Positions 43,438 to 51,447 of a stretch of 64,000 nt of DNA are shown piece after piece. The notes beneath the pieces were generated by a model that worked only from the letters and a program-made list of their open reading frames with translations, searched no databases and was not told where the DNA came from. Location of the stretch: assembly GCA_049967855.1 (NCBI GenBank), contig JBMFRX010000001.1, positions 32,001-96,000 of the forward strand, read 5' to 3'. Source of the stretch: Caldisericaceae bacterium. Its GTDB lineage: Bacteria; Caldisericota; Caldisericia; Caldisericales; Caldisericaceae. A program made the position numbers and the translations under genes. Each line of letters begins with the position of its first letter. Positions within the stretch are counted from its first letter, which is position 1.

Positions 43438-45438
43438 ATGGAAAGTTTTACTGTAGTTTTTTTGCTTGGTTTAGCAGCCTTGATTGCCGCAGTAATTATT
43501 GCAACATCTGTCCTTAGGAGAGATTCTGGCAACGAAAAAATGGTCAAAATTTCCAAAGCAATTCAACAAGGAGCTCTTGCCTTTCTACTTGAAGAATACA
43601 AAACAATGGCTATATGGGCTATCGTTTTTGGAATTGTTATCGGGATAATCATTTCACCTGTGGTTTCTGTGAGCTTTCTATTCGGTGCAACTCTTTCAAT
43701 ACTTGCTGGATTTTTTGGAATGACTATCGCAACAAGAGCAAACGGCAAGACCACCCAGGCCGCAAGAACTAGCACTGCTCAAGCTTTAAATATAGCTTTT
43801 TCAGGAGGCTCCGTAATGGGGCTCACCGTGGTAGGTTTGGGAGTCATCGGCTCTGTTATAGTGTACCTCATTTCTTCTAAGTTTTTTGCTCAAACAGTAG
43901 GTCCGATGGTTGTGGTAACTGGTTACTCAATTGGAGCAAGTTTTGTTGCTCTGTTTGCGCGTGTGGGCGGAGGTATATATACAAAAGCCGCTGATGTTGG
44001 AGCCGACCTCGTAGGTAAGGTTGAGGCAGGTATCCCAGAAGATGACCCTCGAAACCCTGCCGTAATTGCAGATAATGTTGGAGACAACGTGGGAGATATA
44101 GCAGGTATGGGTGCTGATTTGTACGAGTCCTATGTTGGTTCGATAGTTGCAGGTCTCATACTTGGCAGCGTTACTTTTGGTATGCAGGGCATTAGATTTG
44201 TTTACCTTATCGCAGCTTACGGGATTCTTGCTTCAATAATTGGCGTGTTATTCACTTTTGCTTCTTCTCGTTTTAAATTGAGTCCTCAGAGTGCTCTGAA
44301 CTCAGGGACTATTGTGGCTAACATATTTGCAATAGTTTTCTCTTTCTTTATTTCAAAATCAGTGATGGGCAACTTAAGAGGTTTTGTTGCAATCATAGCT
44401 GGACTTCTGGTTGGACTTGCGATTGGTTTCATTACCCAGTATTATACAAGCGCAAAACCAATACGTGTCATCGCAGAGTCTTCTGCTGAAGGCGGTGCTG
44501 CCACAACTATCCTATCTGGAATGGCAGTTGGCATGGAAAGCACATTTTTGCCAGTGGTTTTTGTGGGCGTAGGCATTGTCGTTGCCTATATTGCTTCAGG
44601 CCTTTTTGGTATAGCGCTCGCTGGACTTGGGATGCTCACAACGCTTGGTATTAGTTTGAGTGTGGATGCTTACGGGCCAATTGCTGATAATGCAGGCGGT
44701 ATAGCTGAAATGGCAGGTTTACCAGAAGAAGTTAGAATGCGTACTGATACTCTGGATTCTCTTGGCAATACAACAGCTGCTATGGGTAAAGGTTTTGCCA
44801 TTGGGTCGGCTGCTTTAACTGCTCTTGCACTTTTCTCATCTTATTTAAGTTCAGTAAATCTATCATCGCTGAATATGCTCAATGCTTATACGTTAGCAGG
44901 AGCAATTATCGGGGCGTCATTGCCATTCTTATTCTCTGCTTTTGCTATAAGCGCCGTCAGTGTTACTGCTGGTTTTATGGTGGAAGAAGTGAGGCGGCAG
45001 TTCAGAGAGATAGTAGGTCTTATGGAGGGCAAAGCAGACCCAGACTACAAGAAATGCATTGCAATCAGCACGAAAGGAGCTCTCAAAAATATGTTAAAAC
45101 CAGCCTTAGTGGCTGTATTTGCACCGTTTATAACGATTTTGGTTTTCGGTAAATTCGGGAAAGAAGCTCTTGGAGGAATGCTTGTCGGGTCTCTTATTAG
45201 CGGAGTTATCCTGGCGATTTATATGGCTAATGCAGGAGCAAGCTGGGATAATTCTAAGAAATACATTGAACAAGGAAATTTCGGAGGAAAAGGTTCAGAA
45301 GCTCACAGGGCAAGTATCGTTGGCGACACTGTTGGCGATCCACTCAAAGATACTGCTGGTCCATCAATTAACATATTGATAAAGCTTATGGCAACAATTT
45401 CTCTTTTGTTTGGACCTTTTCTTTCAAGGTTGTTTTAA
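43438..45438 (+). CDS. hppA: Membrane-bound K+-dependent, probably Na+-translocating, pyrophosphatase
   Basis: GGGIYTKAADVGADLVGKVE, DNVGDNVGD, GNTTAA (Ala = K+-dependent), DLYESY, GDTVGDPLKDT. Confidence 0.94.
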   Translation: MESFTVVFLLGLAALIAAVIIATSVLRRDSGNEKMVKISKAIQQGALAFLLEEYKTMAIWAIVFGIVIGIIISPVVSVSFLFGATLSILAGFFGMTIATRANGKTTQAARTSTAQALNIAFSGGSVMGLTVVGLGVIGSVIVYLISSKFFAQTVGPMVVVTGYSIGASFVALFARVGGGIYTKAADVGADLVGKVEAGIPEDDPRNPAVIADNVGDNVGDIAGMGADLYESYVGSIVAGLILGSVTFGMQGIRFVYLIAAYGILASIIGVLFTFASSRFKLSPQSALNSGTIVANIFAIVFSFFISKSVMGNLRGFVAIIAGLLVGLAIGFITQYYTSAKPIRVIAESSAEGGAATTILSGMAVGMESTFLPVVFVGVGIVVAYIASGLFGIALAGLGMLTTLGISLSVDAYGPIADNAGGIAEMAGLPEEVRMRTDTLDSLGNTTAAMGKGFAIGSAALTALALFSSYLSSVNLSSLNMLNAYTLAGAIIGASLPFLFSAFAISAVSVTAGFMVEEVRRQFREIVGLMEGKADPDYKKCIAISTKGALKNMLKPALVAVFAPFITILVFGKFGKEALGGMLVGSLISGVILAIYMANAGASWDNSKKYIEQGNFGGKGSEAHRASIVGDTVGDPLKDTAGPSINILIKLMATISLLFGPFLSRLF

Positions 45439-45453
45439 TTTGGAGGCTTTAAT

Positions 45454-46398
45454 GTGAAAGTAAAGAAATTTGTAAAACAGGCCTTAATTTGGCTTTTAGT
45501 AATTGTTGTTGCAGTTGTTGGTTATTTTGTAATTACTGTTTCTAAGAATTTAAGTATGATAAATTCTAATTCTAAAGAAGTAGTCCCTCTCGAGTTGACA
45601 AAGAACGTTAACATATTGCTTCTTGGGACAGACCAACGAACTCCTAATGAAGGAGCCAGGACTGATACTATAATCCTTGTCAATATAAATCCTAAGACTA
45701 AAAAGATAAACCTGATGTCTATTCCGCGCGATTCAAGGGTTGATATTCCAGGGCATGGTTATGATAAGATTAACTCTGCCTACAACTCTGACTATTTTAG
45801 TGACGGTGGGGTAAACCTCAGTGTAAAGACGGTTGAAAGTATTCTTGGACTTCCCGATGGTTCAATACCGTTTTATGCAGTGGTCAACTTTCAGGGGTTT
45901 GAAAAGGTCATTGACGCACTTGGCGGAGTAACGATCGATGTTAAAGAACCAATGCATTACCATTCATCGACTGGGGATGTTAAAATTGATTTAAGCCCAG
46001 GAGTGCAGCATCTAGATGGACAAAAGGCGTTGGAATATGCCCGTTTCAGATACGATGTTTACGGAGATTTTGCGGTTGATAGCAACGGCAACGTATTGGG
46101 AAGAGTTCAGAGGCAAGAAGACCTTATAAAAGCACTTGTTGACCAGACCAAAGATGTAAGAACAATCTGGAAGTTTCCTGCTGTTTCACAAGCAATAGGA
46201 GAAGCAGCCAAAACAAATTTAACGCCAGGACAAATAACGAAGCTAGCGCTATTGCTCAAAGACGCAACTGATAAAGACATTAACATCGTGAATTTTCCAG
46301 GGAAGCCTGATTACGTTGAAGGTATCTCTTACGTTGTCCCAGATTTTGATAAGCTTAAAGAAATTGGAACAAAGTATTTTGGTTTGTCTATAGATTAA
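45454..46398 (+). CDS. LCP (LytR-CpsA-Psr) family protein
   Basis: N-terminal TM; NILLLGTD, RTDTI, SIPRDS, KINSAY, LDGQKALEYARFR, RVQRQ. Confidence 0.92.
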   Translation: MKVKKFVKQALIWLLVIVVAVVGYFVITVSKNLSMINSNSKEVVPLELTKNVNILLLGTDQRTPNEGARTDTIILVNINPKTKKINLMSIPRDSRVDIPGHGYDKINSAYNSDYFSDGGVNLSVKTVESILGLPDGSIPFYAVVNFQGFEKVIDALGGVTIDVKEPMHYHSSTGDVKIDLSPGVQHLDGQKALEYARFRYDVYGDFAVDSNGNVLGRVQRQEDLIKALVDQTKDVRTIWKFPAVSQAIGEAAKTNLTPGQITKLALLLKDATDKDINIVNFPGKPDYVEGISYVVPDFDKLKEIGTKYFGLSID

Positions 46399-46609
46399 CC
46401 ACTGCAAATAACGGGTTTATTAGCGGATTTGTCTAAGAAGTGCTTGTGTATTGTGCATACTACACAACGGTAGCTATCGAGTTAGCGTTCTGTTGGGTTT
46501 AGATGTAATGCTCTGTGAAATTCAACGCGTCCTTTAAACTTTGTTATATTTGAATTTCTCAACATTTTAGTGCAAGGAGCAAATTGGTAAACCATACCTC
46601 TTCCCCCCC

Positions 46610-47299
46610 TCACACGTTTTTTATTATAGTTTTCACTCTCAAAAGCCTCACGTCCATATCGGGAGTGAGGTAAATCTTTTCGTATTTGTCGTTTGCAGGT
46701 TCAAGGAAGACTTTGTCGCCAACTTTTCTGTAACGCTTGAAAGTGGCTCTGTTTTCGATTAACGCAATGACGAGGTTTCCGCTTTCAATGCAGGACTCTG
46801 GGTCAACAATGAGTTTGTCCCCGTCTTCAATTCCCCTGTCCTTCATCGAATCTCCCTTCACGATTACCGCAAATGAGGAATCCTTTGTTTGCTTTTCTGG
46901 AACAAGAACTTCGCCAAGCGGTTCGGTGAGGTCTACAAGCTCGAGAGGCTCTCCTGCGCGGACATACCCAAGGATAGGCACTTCAACGAGAGACACCCTC
47001 TTCATCCTGTAAATTGTTTTGAGTATTATGTTCTTCTCCTCGGTGGTTAACTTGGGGAGAAATTTCCTTATTGCCGATTCCTCATCTTCCGTTACAATAA
47101 ATTCCTCTTCATCGCCAACCAGTTCTGAGATTGGAACTCCGAAACTCTCGCTCACCTTCCTCAAGAACCTGAGCCCGACGTTCTTCCCACTCTCAATCTC
47201 CGAAATGAACTGGTCTGTTACGCCCATCCTCTTGCCGAATTCCTTCTGCGTGAGCCCCAGGTATTTCCTCAGCTTCACGAGTTTCTCGTTCGTTGTCAT
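46610..47299 (-). CDS. XRE-HTH/S24-peptidase (CI/LexA-like) repressor
   Basis: LRKYLGLTQKEFGKRMGV..QFISEIESG; VRAG cleavage site; VKGDSM and ATFKR catalytic motifs; SD AGGAGG before ATG 47299. Confidence 0.92.
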   Translation of the reverse strand: MTTNEKLVKLRKYLGLTQKEFGKRMGVTDQFISEIESGKNVGLRFLRKVSESFGVPISELVGDEEEFIVTEDEESAIRKFLPKLTTEEKNIILKTIYRMKRVSLVEVPILGYVRAGEPLELVDLTEPLGEVLVPEKQTKDSSFAVIVKGDSMKDRGIEDGDKLIVDPESCIESGNLVIALIENRATFKRYRKVGDKVFLEPANDKYEKIYLTPDMDVRLLRVKTIIKNV

Positions 47300-47345
47300 C
47301 TGTCTCCTCCTATCCATTTTTGAAACATTTGTTCTTCCAGAAACA

Positions 47346-47373
47346 AGTATAAGAAGAAAATTTTTTAAGTCAA
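47346..47373 (-). promoter_or_regulatory. Repressor promoter
   Basis: TTGACT-16 bp-TATACT on the minus strand. Confidence 0.7.
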
Positions 47374-47415
47374 GCTTTTCGGCCTTGAATATTTTTCCTT
47401 TCCTTAATCGCCCAC

Positions 47416-47443
47416 TTGACTGCGAACAAAAGTTTGCTATACT
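47416..47443 (+). promoter_or_regulatory. Rightward early promoter with a CGAAC-N4-GTTTG box in the spacer
   Basis: TTGACT-GCGAACAAAAGTTTGC-TATACT. Confidence 0.75.
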
Positions 47444-47473
47444 TGGTTAACTTATAAATTAATGGAGGCTAAA

Positions 47474-47653
47474 ATGGAAGATGAAACCGAAAATGAAACT
47501 TACATTGTTGTTGGAAAGAGGAGACTCAGGTTAGTGGAGTTTAGCGGTGACAAACCAATTGATGAGCTTTTGCCAGCATTGGTAAAGCTAATATTTGACA
47601 GCCAAAAAAAGGAGGATTCAAATGAATCAAGAAGAAATGACAGTAAGCTTTAA
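47474..47653 (+). CDS. Small phage-type hypothetical protein
   Basis: First ORF after the rightward promoter; GGAGG precedes the ATG at 47474. Confidence 0.55.
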   Translation: MEDETENETYIVVGKRRLRLVEFSGDKPIDELLPALVKLIFDSQKKEDSNESRRNDSKL

Positions 47654-47756
47654 AGACGACTCGGGAAGTATCGTGACAATCACAAGAGACAATGTTGTGA
47701 ATGTAATCGCCCCTGACGAATCACTTCAAAAGGTAATTGACTATCTAAAGCAATGA
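47622..47756 (+). CDS. 44-aa hypothetical protein (not in the ORF track)
   Basis: AGGAGG SD; MNQEEMTVSFKDDSGSIVTITRDNVVNVIAPDESLQKVIDYLKQ; ATGA overlap with the rep gene. Confidence 0.6.
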   Translation: MNQEEMTVSFKDDSGSIVTITRDNVVNVIAPDESLQKVIDYLKQ

Positions 47757-48562
47757 TACCCGAAGAGAGCGTTGGATTCACCCAGATACCAAACGAACTG
47801 CTCGAGCAACTCGCGAAAGCACAGATGCAGGGGCTGATAACTGCAAAAGAAAGAGCAGTAATTGATTTCATAATGAGAAACACTTTTGGATATCATAGGG
47901 AAGTTGCAACCTTGAAAACTTCAGTAATTGCAAAAGAGCTTGGAGCATCTCCGAACTACATAACACACCTTTTAAAAAGGCTCGTGGAAAAGGATGTGAT
48001 TGTGAAGAGCGGAGACAGCATTGCATTTAATAAAGACTGCGGCTCCTGGAAAGAAAAGAAGCTTCCTCATAGAGCTCAAAAAAGTGACAGCCATATCACC
48101 AATGTGACAGCCCTGTCACGTGACAGCAGTGTCACTAAAAATGTGACAGCCATATCACATAATAGTGACAGCAGTGTCACTATTGAACCTGTTAAAGAGC
48201 AGTTAAAAACAATTCCGATTGACCCCCTAAATAAAACTTTAAATAAATATATAAATAAAGAGAAAGAAAATATAAAAGAAAGAAAAATTGATTTCAACAT
48301 TAAAACTTTCAAATTCGAAAATATACCAAAAGAGAAAATAGACAATTGGACGGCAGCCTTTCCTAATTGCAATGTGGATCTTGAATTAAAGAAAATGGAA
48401 GCGTGGCTCGCCGCAAATCCAGAGAAGCGCAAAAAGAACTACGAGAAGTTTATAGTTAATTGGCTCGGAAGAGCAAAAGGAGATACGAGAGATGGAAAAT
48501 ACATTCAAATCAGTGGAGAAAGAAAGTTTACAGGATTCACAGCAAAAGCTGGAGAATGGTAA
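47753..48562 (+). CDS. Phage replication initiator (lambda O-like)
   Basis: GFTQIPNELLE..., IMRNTFGY, wHTH, central iteron-encoded linker, C-terminal FIVNWL domain. Confidence 0.82.
   Translation: MIPEESVGFTQIPNELLEQLAKAQMQGLITAKERAVIDFIMRNTFGYHREVATLKTSVIAKELGASPNYITHLLKRLVEKDVIVKSGDSIAFNKDCGSWKEKKLPHRAQKSDSHITNVTALSRDSSVTKNVTAISHNSDSSVTIEPVKEQLKTIPIDPLNKTLNKYINKEKENIKERKIDFNIKTFKFENIPKEKIDNWTAAFPNCNVDLELKKMEAWLAANPEKRKKNYEKFIVNWLGRAKGDTRDGKYIQISGERKFTGFTAKAGEW
48084..48180. repeat. Five 16-bp palindromic iterons GTGACA-N4-TRTCAC (putative origin)
   Basis: Copies start at 48084, 48104, 48120, 48143 and 48165; an AT-rich tract follows (~48230-48330). Confidence 0.88.
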
Positions 48563-48950
48563 CAGCGAGGAGTTCAAGGCATTCGTAAAGAATAACATAG
48601 GCGCTCACTACATTGCGGAATTCAACGAAGAGATGATACGCAAGCGCAAAGAGCTCGATATGAAAGTAAATGAAATGCTTGAAAAAGGCAGAGGCATCAT
48701 CATCCTGGGGAATGTTGGAATAAGTCACCGTCCTGTGAACAACAAATTGTGTTTCGTAACGAAATCAGATGACCCGCACGAGGCAGAATACATTGCAAAG
48801 GTTCTCATAAATCCTATGGAAAAGAAGTATGGTTTCAGAGGATTAAATGACGCGTATGAAAGGAAACTCAGCGCCTCTTGCAAGAAGTTGCTCAAGGGAA
48901 AATTTGCCGACTGCTACAAAAAAGAAGTTAACGTTAAAGGTGGAAGATGA
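48492..48950 (+). pseudogene. Truncated DnaC/IstB-like helicase loader fused to unrelated sequence
   Basis: GRGIIILGNVG starts a Walker A motif, but GKT is absent; lies directly after the rep gene. Confidence 0.55.
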
Positions 48951-49192
48951 CGCTCGAGGAACTATACGATAAAGAAAAGACACGCATAGAGAAACTATCA
49001 CATCATTATGCAAGGATTTTCGGTTTAGACTATGAAGAGCTCTTTGACGAAGGAATGCTTGCCGTTGCAGAAACCTATGCAAGGTATGCCTTGAGGACAA
49101 ACGATGTTGAGCTTCTCAGGGTGTCCAATAAGGTAGTGAACAGGAGAATGTACAAATATGCTCGAAAGGAAATTGACACAAGGCGAGATTAA
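48947..49192 (+). CDS. Sigma70 region-2-like protein
   Basis: LY...IEKLSHHY...GLDYEELFDEGMLAVAE...Y...VNRRMYKYARKE. Confidence 0.65.
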   Translation: MTLEELYDKEKTRIEKLSHHYARIFGLDYEELFDEGMLAVAETYARYALRTNDVELLRVSNKVVNRRMYKYARKEIDTRRD

Positions 49193-49382
49193 AGTGCTTG
49201 TTGACAAAGCGATGCTTGAGCTTCCAAAAGATGACTTTGAATTAATCTACGAGCTCTTCTTCGAGCACCGCTCTGTCCACAAGTTAGCTGACAAACTTTC
49301 AATAAGCCATTCTGCTTTGAGATACAGGAGGGATAAGGCGCTTGCCCTCCTCAAACAGAAGATTGAAGAAGTGGAAGAATGA
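49158..49382 (+). CDS. Sigma70 region-4-like HTH protein
   Basis: AMLELPKDDFELIYELFFEHRSVHKLADKLSISHSALRYRRDKALALLK. Confidence 0.75.
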   Translation: MLERKLTQGEIKVLVDKAMLELPKDDFELIYELFFEHRSVHKLADKLSISHSALRYRRDKALALLKQKIEEVEE

Positions 49383-49459
49383 TAAAGAGAAAATCATTTG
49401 GAAATTTCAGGCAAGAGGATCTCTGTTTTTTTGAAATCGCTGAACAATTGAAAAAACTC

Positions 49460-49487
49460 TTGACACGAACTAAAGTTCGTTTATAAT
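49460..49487 (+). promoter_or_regulatory. Consensus promoter with palindromic CGAAC-N4-GTTCG operator
   Basis: TTGACA-CGAACTAAAGTTCGTT-TATAAT. Confidence 0.85.
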
Positions 49488-49493
49488 ACGAGT

Positions 49494-49802
49494 ATGAAAA
49501 ACATTGAAAGTGAGAAGCTGAATGAAGCGATTAAGAACCTGAAACTTGACTTAACAGGGTCGTATTACATTGGGAAGAAGAAGGTCTCAGAATATGCTAT
49601 TACAACCAAAATCAACGGCGTTAGGCTTAATCTAACTACAACGATTGGATATCCAACTAGTGATGAAGATGTAACCCCAGAGGAGCTTCAGGAGCTTATT
49701 GATGCATATGAGCAAATGGCGAAAGAAGATTTAACTGCTAACCCAGAGAAACTGGCACAGTTGATTGAGCTAAGTGTTGCCGCGGATGCGAAACCCAATT
49801 AG
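49494..49802 (+). CDS. Hypothetical protein, probably leaderless
   Basis: ATG lies 6 nt after TATAAT with no SD; 102 aa with an acidic C-terminal half. Confidence 0.7.
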   Translation: MKNIESEKLNEAIKNLKLDLTGSYYIGKKKVSEYAITTKINGVRLNLTTTIGYPTSDEDVTPEELQELIDAYEQMAKEDLTANPEKLAQLIELSVAADAKPN

Positions 49803-50021
49803 CTGTTCTTGCGTTCATCTAAGATTCTAGTGGTAGTTAATAACGTGCTCTTGAAAGACCAAGAGGGCGCATGCAGAAGTCTAAAACTAACAGAAATCAC
49901 TTGGAGTTCTTTTTGAAAAGCAAATAATGAAACAAGGTAAAAAAAATAAATTTAATGGCTCGTTATTTAATGGTTCTTTGAGGAAGCATTTTATTTGCGA
50001 AATAATCTAATATGAAGAAAA

Positions 50022-50225
50022 GTTGGATGCGATAAGTGTGAACAATGGACTATCGTAAATTTGGCTGGGAGGAATAATATTGAGCTTTGGATTGGAAAGA
50101 ATAGGGCAAGAGTTAATGGAACTGGAAAGCTTGTTGATTCGGGGAGCTCAAAGGTTGTGTTCGAGATTATTAATGGAAGAACCATGCTTCCTTTAAGGTT
50201 TAAGGTTGACTTTGTATTTCTATAA
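50022..50225 (+). pseudogene. Fragment of a copper-amine-oxidase-N-like (stalk) surface-protein domain
   Basis: Plus-frame translation IELWIGKNRARVNG...KVVFEIINGRTMLPLRF; no proper start. Confidence 0.7.
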
Positions 50226-50613
50226 AGTAGTTCATTATACATAATTTATTATTGAGATGATTGTAGAATCAACACTTGAGGATACGCTTAATGTATTGAA
50301 AATACATTCACCAGAACGAAAGCAGGTTTACATGAGCGAATTTTCGATAAGCATGTGTCCTGGGAGTCATGGCGCTACTTTCCACTAAATTCCTCAAAAG
50401 AGGTGCATTTAAATGAGATTGCTGAGAGGTCTTATGAGTAAACGTGTAAGACTAATTTATAAAGACTGTCGAGCAAAATAAGATTACTCTAGGTCAAGAG
50501 GTTTTGCCTTGCTTTAAGATTACCACGAATTCGCCAAAAGAATATCTTTATTTCTCAGTGGAGAAGCTGTCTAATCTACAAATGAAGTTAATGAAAAGCT
50601 TGCTAAGAATATA

Positions 50614-50700
50614 TGGTGCCGGGGACCGGAATTGAACCGGTACGGTATTTCTACCGCGGGATTTTAAGTCCCGTGCGTCTGCCTGTTCCGCCACCCCGGC
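50614..50700 (-). tRNA. tRNA-Leu(UAA)
   Basis: CGGGA-CTTAAAA-TCCCG; long variable arm; CCA. Confidence 0.95.
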
Positions 50701-50707
50701 GTAAGAT

Positions 50708-50782
<75 letters not shown>

Positions 50783-50784
50783 TC

Positions 50785-50859
50785 TGGAGCGGAAGACGGG
50801 ATTTGAACCCGCGACGACTGGCTTGGGAAGCCAGTGCTCTACCCCTGAGCTACTCCCGC
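50785..50859 (-). tRNA. tRNA-Gly(CCC)
   Basis: CTGGC-TTCCCAA-GCCAG; CCA. Confidence 0.95.
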
Positions 50860-50868
50860 GTACAAGAT

Positions 50869-50896
50869 ATTATATTTATATTCTTGATTAAGTCAA
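50869..50896 (-). promoter_or_regulatory. Promoter of tRNA Gly-Cys-Leu
   Basis: TTGACT-16 bp-TATAAT on the minus strand. Confidence 0.8.
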
Positions 50897-50944
50897 TGAA
50901 TTTTGGAAGTATATCTGAATTTAAATGGATTGGCAACATTGTAT

Positions 50945-51367
50945 TCATAAGAATAGCTTGCTCGCAAAATGGATTATGAACAATAAAACTAGGAGTGTTG
51001 CCCCTATTATTATGAAAATTACTGAGACTTCCAACCTAACCTCGCTTGTGTTGACTCTTTCATTGATGTTTTTATCTTTTGTATCTTTATCGATTAGGTT
51101 CTTTTGAGTTTGCCTTAAACTGGATTTGCTCAAATTGGAACTGGGGTAATATTTGTAGTAAGTTAAATTGTAAAACGACAGGATAGAAAAAATGCCTGCA
51201 AGAATTAAAGCCACTGCCGCCTCAACGAAAAGGGTGTTGAGATAGTTGATTAAGCTTAATCGGCGCAGCACAGCAAAAACGAGTAGTGTCAAAACGGCAA
51301 CTGAAACGCAGAGTGGAAGAATCTTATAAAAATAGAACCCTGCGTATAATTTTGTTTTTCTCTTCAT
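50945..51367 (-). CDS. Hypothetical membrane protein (3 TM)
   Basis: Three hydrophobic segments with a polar loop. Confidence 0.6.
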   Translation of the reverse strand: MKRKTKLYAGFYFYKILPLCVSVAVLTLLVFAVLRRLSLINYLNTLFVEAAVALILAGIFSILSFYNLTYYKYYPSSNLSKSSLRQTQKNLIDKDTKDKNINERVNTSEVRLEVSVIFIIIGATLLVLLFIIHFASKLFL

Positions 51368-51447
51368 ACTTACAATTTTATCATAAAACTCCTCTTATAG
51401 GAATAGTCATTCTTTCAAAAAACGCTTACTTTTGGTATTATATTAAA

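Larger units (their letters stand above)
46482..50225. mobile_element. Decayed prophage/phage-like early region (no integrase or structural genes seen)
   Basis: Divergent CI-like repressor versus small ORFs, O-like rep with iterons, truncated DnaC and split sigma. Lies between the LCP gene and the 3' end of tRNA-Leu. Boundaries approximate. Confidence 0.8.

Noticed and set aside
46482..46595. 37-aa minus-strand ORF after the repressor (MVYQFAPC...)
   Set aside because: It has an SD-like sequence but no recognisable features; probably a truncated remnant.
46399..46609. att-site duplication of the tRNA-Leu 3' end at the left edge of the element
   Set aside because: No copy of TGGTGCCGGGGACC or similar found by eye.
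48084..48180. CRISPR-like array
   Set aside because: Repeats are 16 bp with 0-7 bp gaps inside a coding gene and no cas genes are present; they fit iterons.
49991..50242. 83-aa minus-strand ORF
   Set aside because: Shadow of the plus-strand stalk-domain fragment.
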